DNA of 64,000 nucleotides from Mobula hypostoma (Eukaryota), in contig NC_086108.1 of NCBI RefSeq assembly GCF_963921235.1, forward strand, positions 78,308,001 through 78,372,000. The letters are read 5' to 3'. A program made the position numbers and the translations under genes. Below the pieces are notes generated by a model, which was not told where the DNA came from, did no database searches, and worked only from the letters and a program-made list of their open reading frames with translations. Shown here in pieces: positions 13,231 through 25,619 of this stretch (positions are counted from its first letter, which is position 1; every line of letters begins with the position of its first letter).

Positions 13231-13711
13231 CCACTGCCATTCGCATTCCAATACTTCAGTCAATGATAAGACTACTCTCAGGTTGGAGGAGCAACAGCTC
13301 ATATTCTGTCTGGGTGGCCTCCAACCTGATGGCAGAACATCGACTACTATAACATTTCATAATTCCCGCCCCCCTTCATCTTCCATTCCCTTCTTACCTC
13401 TTCTCCTCACCTGTCTATCACCTCCCTCAGTGCTCCTCCTCCTTCCCTTTCTCAGATTCCTTCTTCAGCCATTTACCTTTCCACCTATCACCTTCCAGCT
13501 TCTCACTTCATCGCCCCATCCGCAACCAGCTGACTTCACCTAGCGCCTTCTATCTTATACTCACCCCTCTCCCCCCCACCTTCTTATTCAGGTTGCTTCC
13601 TCCTTCCTTATCAAACCTGATGAAGCTCTTGGCCTGAAATGTCAACTGCTCATTAATTTTCATAGATGCTGCCTGACCTGCTGAGTTCCTCTGGTGTTTT
13701 GTGTGTGTTGC
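13231..13711 (+). mobile_element. Penelope-like element 3' fragment with decayed hammerhead (13613-13656)
   Basis: LEEQQLIFCLGGLQPDG GIY-YIG C-terminus, pyrimidine-rich UTR, ctgatga...gaaatgtcaact. Confidence 0.85.
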
Positions 13712-15006
13712 AGGTAAAGGGATGTATGGCAAGTGGGAGACTTTTAAAAGTGAGGTGGGGGAGCTCAGGACCAACATGCCTCTGGTTGAGTGGAGGGTAA
13801 GGCTAGCTGGATTAGGAAAGCCTGGCTAATAAGGATTATTGGGGCTCTGGTCAGGATAAAGAAGGTGTATGTCAGGTGTACGCAGCTGGGATCAAGCCAA
13901 TTCCTTAAGCAATGAAAATGAAGCACAAGGACACTTAAGGATGAAATCAGGAGAGCAAAAAGGGGACATGAGATATCCTTGGCTGATAAGCTAATGGCAA
14001 GTTATACCAGAAAATAGGTACACTAAGAGCAAAGGAGTAACTAGGACTCCTTAAGATTCAAAGTGGTCTTTTATCTGCCACAGCAGATGGACAAGGTGTT
14101 AAATGAATACTTCTGTATTTTACGATAGAGAATTGCATGGAGGGCAGGAAAATGAAGGAAAAGAACAGTGAAACATATCGATATTATGAGAGAGGACATG
14201 TTGTTTGTATTAAGATGGGTAAAAATGGATAAATCCCCAAGCCTGATCAATTATTTCCTAGGATGCTCTGAGAGGCAAGAGAAGATATTGTTGGGGCCCT
14301 GGCAGAGATTTTTGTTTCCTCCTTAGCATTGGGTGAAGTGCTAGAAGACTGGAGAGTGGTGAAAGTTGTGCCCCATTGTTGAAATGGCTGCAATACCAAA
14401 CCAGGGAACTACAGTCCAGTGAGCCAACATCAATGGTGAGAAAGTTACTGGAAGAAATTCTGAGGGACAGGATCTATCTGCATTTGCAAAAGGCAGGGAT
14501 AAACTAGGGATAGTCAACATGGATTTGTGCTTGAGAGGTGATATCTTATGAATTTGACTGAGTTTTTTGCGGTGGTGACCATGTTGTCTACATGAAATTT
14601 AGCAAGGATTCTGACAAGGAAGCTGAGGAGTGACCTTATGGAGGTTTATAAAATCATGAAGGGATAGATCAGATGAATTGAAATAATCTTTTTCCCAGGG
14701 TAGGGGAGGCTAAAACTGCAGGGAATAGATTTAAGGTGAAAGGGAAAAGATTCAACATGGACCTGAGAGGCAGAATTTTCACATTGACGATGGCAGGTGA
14801 GTGGAACATGATGCCAAAGAAAATAGTAGAGAAAGGTTCAATGGCAATGTTTCAAAGACATTTGGACATGTTCATGGATATGGAACTTTTTAGAGGGATA
14901 TGAGTCTAACACAGGAAAATGGGACTAGATCAGAAAGGCGTTTTGATCAGCTTGGAAGAGATCAACTGAAGGGCACCTTTCTGTGCTGAATAACTGTATG
15001 ACTCTA
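13712..15006 (+). mobile_element. Decayed, internally deleted CR1 ORF2 and 3' end
   Basis: gataaatcccc, gaagactggagagtgg, ccagggaactacag, gatagtcaacatggatttgtg; tail tatgactct. Confidence 0.8.
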
Positions 15007-15331
15007 AAGCAGACTTCTGGGATATTTCTTTTCATAAATTTACAACAATTCAATGCAAACCTGTTAACATTTTTAAGTGCCTAGTTACATATAGATTCCA
15101 GCAATTCCCTTAATACAGATGTCAGGCTAAGTGGTCTATAGTTCCCCATCTTCTGTCACCCTCCTTTCTCTGAAGTGCAGATATTAATTATGGTGCACTT
15201 CAGGCAGTACACTAATATATCAAGGAGCTGAGCTATTCCTCAATGGAAAAGAAACAGTTCTAGGAAGTTTCTAAAGGCAGCAATTCAACCAAAATCCCAA
15301 AGAGGAAAACTGGGTAGTCACCACTCAAACA

Positions 15332-17010
15332 ACACACATAAAATTTGCAGCAGCAGGCCAGGCAGCATCTCTAGGAAGAGGTGCAGTCGACGTTTCAGGC
15401 CGAGACCCTTCGTCAGGACTAACTGAAGGAAGAGTGAGTAAGGGATTTGAAAGTTGGAGGGGGAGGGGGAGATCCAAAATGATAGGAGAAGACAGGAGGG
15501 GGAGGGATGGAGCCAAGAGCTGGACAGGTGATAGGCAAAAGGGATACGAGAGGATCATGGGACAGGATGTCCGGGAAGAAAGACAAGGAGGTGGGGGGGG
15601 GGACCCAGAGGATGGGCAAGGGGTATATTCAGAGGGACAGAGGGAGAAAAAGGAGAGTGAGAGAAAGAATGTGTGTATAAAAATAAATAACAGATGGGGT
15701 ACGAGGGGGAGGTGGGGCATTAGCAGAAGTTAGAGAAGTCGATGTTCATGCCATCAGGTTGGAGGCTACCCAGACGGAATATAAGGTGATGTTCCTCCAA
15801 CCCGAGTGTGGCTTCATCTTTACAGTAGAGGAGGCCGTGGATAGACATGTCAGAATGGGAATGGGATGTGGAATTAAAATGTGTGGCCACTGGGAGATCC
15901 TGCTTTCTCTGGCAGACAGAGCGTAGGTGTTCAGCAAAGCGGTCTCCCAGTCTGCGTCGGGTCTCACCAATATATAAAAGGCCACATCGGGAGCACCGGA
16001 CGCAGTATATCACCCCGGCCGACTCACAAGTGAAGTGATGCCTCACCTGGAAGGACTGTTTGGGGCCCTGAATGGTGGTAAGGGAGGAAGTGTAAGGGCA
16101 TGTGTAGCACTTGTTCCGCTTACACGGATAAGTGCCAGGAGGGAGACCAGTGGGGAGGGATGGGGGGCACGAATGGACAAGGGAGTCACGTAGGGAGCCA
16201 TCCCTGCGGAATGCAGAGAGAGGGGGGGAGGGAAAGATGTGCTTAGTGGTGGGATCCAGTTGGAGGTGGCGGAAGTTACGGAGAATAATATGTTGGACCC
16301 GGAGGCTGGTGGGGTGGTAGGTGAGGACCAGGGGAACCCTATTCCTAGTGAGCTGGCAGGAGGATGGAGTGAGAGCAGATGTACGTGAAATGGGGGAGAT
16401 GCGTTTAAGAGCAGAGTTGATAGTGGAGGAAGGGAAGCCCCTTTCTTTAAAAAAGGAAGACATCTCCGTTGTCCTAGAATGAAAAGCCTCATCCTGAGAG
16501 CAGATGCGGCAGAGACGGAGGAATTGTGAGAAAGGGTGGCGTTTTTGCAAGAGACAGGGTGAGAAGAGGAATAGTCCAGATAGCTGTGAGAGTCAGTAGG
16601 CTTATAGTAGACATCAGTGGATAAGCTGTCTCCAGAGACAGAGACAGAAATATCTAGAAAGGGGAGGGAGGTGTCGGAAATGGACCAGGTAAACTCGACG
16701 GCAGGGTGAAAGTTGGAGGCAAAGTTAATAAAGTCAACGAGCTCTGCATGCGTGCAGGAAGCAGCGCCAATGCAGTCGTCGATGTAGCGAAGGAAAAGTG
16801 GGGGACAGATACCAGAATAGGCACGGAACATAGATTGTTCCACAAAGCCAACAAAAAGGCAGGCATAGCTGGAACCCATACGGGTGCCCATAGCTACACC
16901 TTTAGTTTGGAGGAAGTGGGAGGAGCCAAAGGAGAAATTATTAAGAGTAAGGACCAATTCCGCTAGACGGAGCAGAGTGGTGGTAGAGGGGAACTGATTA
17001 GGTCTGGAAT
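15332..17010 (-). mobile_element. Young 5'-truncated Penelope-like element: RT C-half, GIY-YIG endonuclease and terminal repeat with hammerhead
   Basis: QTKGVAMGTRMG, FLRYIDD, DVYYKPTDSHSYL, then a frameshift near 16545 to PFSQFLRL...GVIYCVRCSRCGLLYIGETRRRLGDRFAEHL; flanks ccactcaaaca (15321) and ccattcaaaca (17011) look like a TSD. Confidence 0.95.
15385..15420 (-). ncRNA. Minimal type I hammerhead ribozyme, intact core
   Basis: Minus strand AGUC CUGACGA AGGGUCUCGGCCU GAAAC GUC^GACU: stem I AGUC/GACU, CUGAnGA and GAAA boxes, GUC cleavage triplet. Confidence 0.85.
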
Positions 17011-17706
17011 CCATTCAAACACCATTTATAAATTTGCCAAAGACACTACGCTTGTTGGCAGAAATTCAGATGGCAACGGGGAGGCATACAGGAGCGAGAT
17101 ATAAGAGTGAGCAGATTCAAGATCCTGGCCGATAACATCTCTGAGAATCTATCCTGAGCCCAACACATTGATCCAATCCTGAAGAAGGCACACCAATGGC
17201 TATACTTAATGCAGATTTTGATATTTGGTACGCCATCGAAGACTGTTGCAAATTTCTAGAAATGTAAGGTGAACATTGGTTGCATCATTGACTGGTATGC
17301 AGGCTTCAATGTAAAAGATTGCTAGAGGCTACAGTGTTGACTCAGCCAGCTCCATCAGGGGCACGACCCTCCCTATCCTCGAGTACATCTTCAATAGGCA
17401 GCGCCTCAAGAAGGTGGAATCCATCATTCAGGGCTCTCACCATTTGGGACATCCCTTCTACTCATTACCACCAACAGAGAGGAGCTTCAAGAGCCTGAAG
17501 AGTAACACTTAAAATTTTAGTAACATCTTCTTGTTCATCATCATATTTTTGAACTATGAACCCATGAACACTACTTCATTATTGCTCTTTTACACTATTT
17601 ATTTACATGTAACATATAATAACTTTTAATATTGTGCACTATACTTCTACCACAAAACAACAATGTTCACAACATATGTCTGTGATAATAAACCTAATTC
17701 AGATTC
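17011..17706 (+). mobile_element. Rex1/Babar RT 3' fragment (host of the Penelope insertion)
   Basis: IYKFA(K)DTTLVGR; ctcaagaaggtggaatccatcatt; tail aataaacctaattcagattc. Confidence 0.75.
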
Positions 17707-17989
17707 CTATCAAGAACAATGTCAATGCGCACTTGAGGAAAGAGATTAAATAGTTCCTCAGCTATGGCCCTCTCCTTGACAGAACTTCAGAGTGTTTATT
17801 CCAGCTGGCGTTAACTGATGAGCTCATCTCCATTGATACCTCTTTCCCACAGCTCTGTTCTATCCAGTCTTGCAGTTAATTCAGACCAACCTTAACTGAA
17901 AAGGCCGTATTCCAACTTCAAAAACAACTAGGTGCCAAAATCAGATTTTATCCCCATTGAACGGCAGAGACTTATGGACACAGCTCAGC

Positions 17990-18410
17990 ACGTCACAAAA
18001 TACAGACTTCCCTGTAAGGCTATGTCTACACTTCTCACTGCCTCAATAAAGCAGTCAGCAAAATTAAAAACCTCAATCCTCTTCCATTGGGCAGAAGATA
18101 CAAAAGCCTGAAAGCATGTATCACTGCGCTCAAGGACACCTTCTACCTGGCTATAAAATATTTCTCTAGTATGATAAATTGGACTCTTGACTTCACAATC
18201 TACCCTATTATGATCTTGCACCCCATTGTTCACCTGCATTGCATTTTCTCTGTAGCTGCTACACTTTCTGCTGTATTGTTATTATTTTACCTTGTTCAAC
18301 CTCAATGCTCAGTGTAATGATCAGATTTGTTTGGAATTATGCAAGACAGGTTCTTCACTGTATTTCAGTACATGTGACAATAATAAACCAATTCCAAAGT
18401 CCCAATTCCA
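17990..18410 (+). mobile_element. Rex1/Babar 3' fragment
   Basis: GRRYKSLKACITALKDTFY; 3' aataataaaccaattcc. Confidence 0.65.
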
Positions 18411-18419
18411 AGTTGTAAA

Positions 18420-19420
18420 CTCTGGCAATGAAAGGTTCAGTCATGAATCCATAATATGATACTACATTTCTGGGAAGAGGAAGGCGTGCCAGAGGATATT
18501 AAATGTCACAATATTGACTACAGGATAGAAGGCAAACCTGAGTTGTTACCTGTAGGAAAAATTAGCACCAGAGACTTCTTCAACAGCTGTCTCTTTGTGG
18601 CCATAAAACTGTTTCCCAAATCATACTATGAACCTGATCTTCACCTCACAATACCAAGGAACGCATCATTATTACCAATAGCGTATTTTAACCTCAGTGA
18701 AACATTTGACTCCATCAGCCACTATGGAATACTTTTCTCAAATTTGGCTGGGCAAAAAACTTATCTCCATCTATGACTGCTTCATGAAAACATACAAGCC
18801 ATGATACAAATCAATGGGTCCATACGAGAGAAAATTTCATTGAAGACTGTTGCCAAACAAGGCTGCATTATGCACCAATATTTCTTATGATCTTTCTCAT
18901 CACAATGCTGCACTTCATTTCCAATAAACTTCCCATGGGAGTGGAGCGAGCCGACGAGACTAATGGAAAGCTGTCCAGCCAACAGTAACCATCCTCCAGC
19001 ATCAACATCATCTCAGTAGTCAAGCTGCAAATGTTAATGCTAGCATTTGTGTCCTTCTAGAGGTCAAGATCCAAACCATCATAGGCTTGTTTACCGAAGC
19101 ACGCAAAGGGATGGAGCTTAAAGTCAGAGTGATAAAGACAAAGATTCTGTGCCAACCTGCCCCCTTCTACACACTGCTCTCCCATAATAAAAGGTTAGGA
19201 TGTGAACCACTTCTCAGCAAAGGTAGGCATGGATGATGATGAAATTTAAATCACCTTTGGAGCACCAGCACAACCTTTTGCCTTTTGTCATTTCAGGTTA
19301 AGAATTTCGACACATTACACAGCAGCTGTGATTATTTCAGTACACATCCAAAGATGGAGGAGGCATATGCCCAAAGGCGTCTTTACAAAATCCTTCAAAT
19401 CCACTTGAAGTGTAATATAG
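18420..19420 (+). mobile_element. Old RTE-clade LINE relic
   Basis: FWEEEGVPED, AYFNLSETFDSISH, aaacaaggctgcattatgcacca (KQGCIMAP-like), agcaccagcacaaccttt. Confidence 0.6.
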
Positions 19421-21605
19421 ATATTTGCCTGCTGGACCAGTGGGCCTCTTGGTTTTTTGCAAAGTTAGCTTTCTAGATACCACTTGTACAATCAAAACAG
19501 TTGTAAGTAAACTTCCAACACCCATTGCTTAGCTTCTGGTCATAAATGGGAGCCAGTCTTCAATTCTTAAAAAATGTAAATGGAAAACAATAATCAGGTT
19601 GAACTTAAAACAAAATACCCTCTATGGAGCTGCTTTGGAAACAAGCTCTGTACATAGCAGATTGTAGAAGGAGGAGGTTAGTCACTGTACCTGGTTTATT
19701 GCTGCTCAAAGAGATGCAGTATAAGAAAATGAGTTATTTAATTTGGCTTGTTTCAAAACAGACAACATTAGCTAAGTTGCTTAGTTCAAAGAAGCTTGCA
19801 GACTACAGAGGATCAACTATTTAGCATATCATATAAGTGATCTATTAATGTTGGAAATTTTATGCATTCAGAGAAGTTAACTTTACAGCATTAATGGTAG
19901 GTAGCTAGGAACTAGATCTCCAAGAAGCTTTAAGACTACTTGCGTAAAAAAGGTATCCGACGAAATATCACATGTGACATCACCAAAGTGGCAGTAAAAG
20001 GGTATAAATGTAGAGAGCAGTTCAGGCTTATTAAGAATGGTTAAAGAATATCAAGAACAAGGATGGGAAGACAGGATGACAAGAACCCATTCCTCTGGCT
20101 TTGACTTCTACGAAGGATGATTTGTTCGACTGCATCATTGATATGTCTTTTTAGGTTATAGGAATTGTACCTGTGTTTTGTGTTTGAGAAATGGTTCATA
20201 ATTAAGAAATGTTTTTTAAGATGCTTAAAATATTTTTCTGTGAGTTTTAAACATGCTTTAAGAACATTGGTTGGATTTAAACATACTGTATATTATTGAA
20301 AATAAATGTTCTGTGTTTAAGCTACTTTGTTAGCCGGAAGTATCTTCTCTTTGGTGCAGGGTGGTTGGGGGGGAAGGTGAGATCCACTGCTCTAATAGTG
20401 AGGTATTTGCATCTAAAACATGCCATGGAGAATAAACAGGGAAGTGAACTAGGCTTTGAAGATTGGGTCATTGCTGTACACTCTCCCTTTGGTGAGAGTA
20501 CCAGTGGCTATTTAAGGTCTTTGTTTGAGTTTAGAACTTTGCAGTCAGCAAACCCAAAACCCACCATAGAAGGAAAGCAAACCAACATCCATATCCATCC
20601 TTGTTACACTTAGTCAGCTCCTTTTAGTGAGGTATATCACTCATATGCTCGACACCAAATTTCCATGAAGGACATTCTATTCCAGCTGGAAGTGGTCTCA
20701 ACATTTAAGATACCATCTTACACTTAAGAATGAATTCCTCTAAAACCTTCTATGACCACAACGTGCCCTGCTGATTCCAAGATTTTATATCAAGGCAATT
20801 TGGGTAACTCCGTTTCAGTGCACAATGATACAGGACACAAAAGAAAATTACTTCCAAAACTGCAAAAATTGATTTAAGTTTAATTAAAAAGGCCATAATC
20901 ATGGCCAATATTTAACCTGAATGATGCATGGTAAAAACTCTTCTAACTTTAACGATTAGGTTATTTGGGGTGTGGAGCAATGGAGTAAGCTTATTGGCGA
21001 ACGTAGGTTGAAATCTGAACATTATCTCACATGATAGAAGTAGCTGAAGCTGATGGCTCAGATGCTGGTCAAGATAAGAAATATTCCATTCCACTGCAGC
21101 ACCATCTCCCATCATATTAAGCACAACAGAAAAGTTCAACAGATCAAATTTATTGTGGAAATTAAGATAGTTGCCATTAGGTAAAGGTTTCATCCTGTGA
21201 GGAAGCAATTGCAATTTATTATACTGAACCATCGCGATATGATAACTAACAATTGCCTTGAGTCTTTTCAATTTCATCCAAATGGACAATGTCTACCAAG
21301 TTACAACTTGCAGCATCTGATAACAATTTGATTCCAGCTCCACTGAAAAGCCAACAGCTTGGTTATATTGTGTCATTTTAAGGTAGATTGAAAAACCTAT
21401 GCTCAGAATTTTGTCCCAGTCCCAAAACCATTCGACATACAATCGACATATCTGAAAATAACTCAGACAGAAAGAAAAGAATACACATTTGTAGTCCATC
21501 CCCGGGAATGAAAGTACGTAAAGATTCTTGGTTCAGTTGTATTACATTTATCAACAAATTAATTTTTTTTTTGCTGATTATGTTGACTACTTGCTTACAT
21601 TAAAA

Positions 21606-22505
21606 GGTCCAAAGTCCAAAGGTTCATTTATTATCAAAGTATATATCCATATATAACTCTAAACTTGTCTTCTCCAGGATAGCCATGAAAGAAGAAAGAA
21701 CATTAAAATCATTCTAAGAGAAACATCAAACCCACCTCCGCCGCACGAAAAAGAGCATCATCCCAATCAACCCCCAAAACCCCCTCCCCCTTGCACAAAA
21801 CAGAATAGGAACATTGACCCGCAAACAACCCCTCCCCATACAAAAGCAACTAACAGAACACAACAGAACATTGACCCCCAAACACCCTCCCCTCGCACAA
21901 CAAAATGAAAAAGGCACAGGCAATTAAAAACAGAATATAAAAACCAAAAATCTGAAAAAGTCCACAGTCCATAAATGCAATCGTCCAATCCATAAACACA
22001 GAACCACGATACCATCCTACAATATCACCGACATTCATCGAAAGATAGGGACACCACACGAGGCAGAGAGGCCTACCCACCTGCCACAGTGAGTCACACA
22101 CTGATAGGCTGCTCGCAGATCCCTTCTCCGGTAGAGATCAAAAGGAAGGCAGTTGGCGCTGAACTCTTGCTCGTCTTCCACATTCGCCTTGATGTCTCAA
22201 TCTTCCTTGACATTTTAATCAGCGATTAATGGACGCTCGAACTGGCAAAATGGAGGCAATCATCCACTCACACCCCATCTTGAAGTTTTTTCGCATCAGG
22301 GCTAACCGAGCACACGCTCACTTTCCAGGTTCTTCTCAGAAACAGCTAAGCACTGGGTCACTCAAATGATCACCAAACTGTAAAACACAGGCTCTAACAC
22401 TCCAGAAGCACAATTAAGGTGAAAAACAGATGTAAATGATGTAAAAAAGACATTTTCACGAGCTATCTGAGAGATGTCGACCGAGGAAGCCATCTTGACC
22501 GGAAT
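21606..22505 (-). mobile_element. Non-autonomous about 0.9-kb retroelement, Rex1/L2-like ends without an ORF
   Basis: Minus strand starts ccggtcaagatggc and ends ataataaatgaacctttggactttggac; GT/GG-rich interior. Confidence 0.5.
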
Positions 22506-22699
22506 GCTGCATCATTCCACTTTTTACTGTAATGATAACCTGGGTTATGATAACCTAACTAATGATAACCTAACTATATATTTATTTTTTGCTTTATCCT
22601 CTCCGTGCAGTTTAAAAACATCTAAGACTGTTGAAATATCTTAATATAAGAGATGATTAGATGACTTTTGGTTCACTTTTTGATGGGGAACTGCCTGAT

Positions 22700-23175
22700 T
22701 CTGAGAATGAAAGCATTAACCTATGAATTTTTGATGACTCTGGGCCTGTACTCACTGGAGTTTGGAAGAATGAGGTAGAGGGTGTCTCATTGTGATCTAT
22801 TGAATATTGAAAGTCATAGATGGAGTGAATGTGGAGATGAAGTTTCCAATTGTGGTTGAGTTTTGGACCAGAAGGCCTAGCCTCAGAATACAAGGAAGTC
22901 CCTTTAGAACAAGATAAGGAGTAATTTCTTTAGCCAGATGATAGTGAATCTTTGTAATTCATTGACACAGATGGCCGTGGAGGACAAGTCATTGGGTATA
23001 TTTACAGTGGATGTTGATACTGTCTTGATTAATAAGAGCATCAAAGGTTACAGGGAGAAGGCAGGAGAATGGGGTTGAGAGGGATAATAAATGAGCCATG
23101 ATTGAATGGCAGAGCAGATTCAATGGGCCAAATGGCCTCATTCTTCTTCTATGTCAGATGGCCTTATGGTCTTAT
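22700..23175 (+). mobile_element. CR1 3' fragment
   Basis: ctgggcctgtactcactggagttt...gggccaaatggcctc. Confidence 0.85.
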
Positions 23176-23689
23176 TTTTGGTTTGAACATCTTTGCAGTT
23201 TAGAATAAGATTAGAGCATGAAGAACAGCCTAATTTTCTGGAGTTCTGGAACTTTTAAAGCATTGTTACTATTTACTTCTTTGCCAAATCAACAGATGGG
23301 AATTTAGTTGCTTTATCACTGTCAATCCTGAATAGTAAATGCTGTGCAAACTCAGCCCATGTTTTCTGGAAGAAAAGATAGATGCAAACTGTAATAAATT
23401 GGAAACCAATGGAATTTGTTCAAAAAATTCGGGGATATGGAACAAAAAGGAAAGCAAAGAGAGAATATTAATTAATGGTCAACAACATTTTTTTGGAAAT
23501 ATCAATAAAATTTTGAACCAAAGAGACAGAAAAGGCTGCAGGTGCTATATTCTGAAGCAAAACCAACCTGCTAGAGGAACTCGGTGAATCAGGGAGGCAA
23601 AGGGATAGTCGATGTTTCGAGTCAAGACCAGGTCAAGTGGGGTTGATGGGCAGATGGAACCAGGTGTGGAGGGAAGGAAGAAGGTAACA

Positions 23690-25510
23690 ACATAGGATAA
23701 GAATAGGAGCATTTGGCAGGAGCATGTGACTGAGGAACTGGTGCTGGTGCCAGGGGTTCAGATTTCTGGATCATTGGGATCTGTTCTGGGGAAGGCACGA
23801 CCAGTAGAGGGACAGGTTACATTTGAACCTGAGAGGAACAATATCCTTGCATGGCGGTTTGCTAGAGCTGTTTGGGAGGTTTAAATTAATTTGGCAGATG
23901 GATACAAATCGGACTGATAGGGCTGGGGATGGGACAGTGTGTATTGAGACTGCTAGCAAGGATAGGCTGATGATAAGGCAAAAATGTAGTCAACACGATG
24001 AGTTGCAATGTAAAAGGGGGACAAAATTGAAAATGGTAATGAATACAGAACTGAATACGTTATATCGGAATGCATGCAGTATACGGATTAGATCAACTTG
24101 TAGCACAGTTAGAGATTGGCAAGTATGATATGGGCATCACTGAGTGATGGCTGAAAGAAGATTATAGCTGGGATTGTTAAGGACGTGGTTTCAGTGTACT
24201 TGGAGATACGTGATAGAATGGGCTGAAGTCGGCATGCTTTCCTCAAGGGAAAATCTTGCCTGAAAAATCTGTTCGAATTCTTTACAGAAATAGCAAGCAG
24301 GAAAGATAAAAGAGAATTGGTGGATGTTGTGTGCTTAGATTTTCAGAAGGCCTTTGACAAGGTGCTACACATGAAGCTGTTTATCAGGTTAATAGCCTAT
24401 GGTATAACAAGAAAGATACTAGTATGGTTAAGGTAATGGCTGATTGACAGGAGGCAAAGACTGGAAATAAAGGGAACCTTTTCTGGTTGGTTGCCAGTGA
24501 CTGGGGTGTTCCACAGGAGTCTGTGTTGAGACCGCTTCTTTTTACATTATATATCAATGGTTTGGATGACAGAATTGAGTGCTTTGCGGTCAAGCTTGGG
24601 AACAATACGAAGATAGGTGGAGGAGCAGGTAGTGTTGAGTAAGCAGGAAGGCTGCAAGAGGACTTAGGTTAAGAGAATGGGCAATGAAGTGGCGGATGGA
24701 ATACAGTGAGGGAAAGTGTATGGTCATGCACTTTGGTAGAAGAAATAAAAACATAGACTATTTTCTAAATGGAGAGAAAATTAAAAAAAAATTGAGGTGC
24801 AAAGGGACTTGGGATTCCTCATACAGGATTCCCTAAATGTTAATTTGTAGGCTGAGTTGGTGGTGAGGAAGGCAAATGCAATGCTAGTGTTCATTTTGAG
24901 AGAACTAGAATACAAAAGCAAGGATGTAATGTTAGGCTTTATTAGGCACAGTAAGGCCTCATGGAGTATTTGAGCAGTTTTGGGCCCATATCTGAGAAAG
25001 GATATGCTGACATTGAAGAGGGTTCAGAGGAGATTCACAAGAATGATTTCTGGAATGAAAGGATTACCATATGATTGATGGCTCTGGGCCTGTACTCCCT
25101 GTAACTCAGAAGAATGAAGGGGGGAATCTCATTGAAACCTATTGAATATTGAAAGGCCTCAGCAGAGAGGATGTGGAGAGAATGTTTCCTATGGTGGGGA
25201 AGTGTAGGACCAGAGGGCACAGCCTCAGAATAGTGACATCCATTTAGAACAGAGATGAGTGGGAATTTCTTTAGCCAGAGAGTGGTGAATCTATGGAATT
25301 CATTGCCATAGGTGGCTGAGAAGGCCAAGTCTTTATATATATATATATATTTAAACCAGAGAATGACAGGCTCTTGATTAGTCAGGGCATAAACAGTTAC
25401 AGGGAGAAGGCAGGAGACTGAAGCTGACAGGGAAATGGATCACCAATGATAAAATGGCAGAGCAAATTCGATGGGCCAAATGGCCTATTTCTGCCTCTAT
25501 CTCTTATTTT
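23690..25510 (+). mobile_element. Decayed CR1 (ORF1 end, large internal deletion, RT, 3' UTR)
   Basis: ggttcagatttctggatcattggg ORF1 esterase end; ttttcagaaggcctttgacaaggtg; CR1 3' UTR. Confidence 0.85.
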
Positions 25511-25619
25511 CTTAAAGGATGGAAGTTGATAATTGGAGACAACAAAGGGCTGCAGTCCATGGAATCTGATAAGAGAGTGAGTGAAACAGGACAGGAGAAG
25601 GATACACGGTAAATGGGAA

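Noticed and set aside
13613..13656. Hammerhead motifs at 13613, 28206 and 30801 as active ribozymes
   Set aside because: Stem I, stem III or core mismatches (GAAAU, AUU triplet, broken CUGA); kept only as relics
16043..16540. C-terminal S/P-rich half of the 323-aa ORF
   Set aside because: Out-of-frame read-through after the frameshift; the true PLE frame is ORF 15720..16550
22531..22576. Short repeats of atgataacct
   Set aside because: Three copies of local slippage without unique spacers; not a CRISPR array or satellite
23607..23634. Hammerhead-like motif in a PLE end relic
   Set aside because: The CUGAnGA box is deleted, so it cannot be a functional ribozyme
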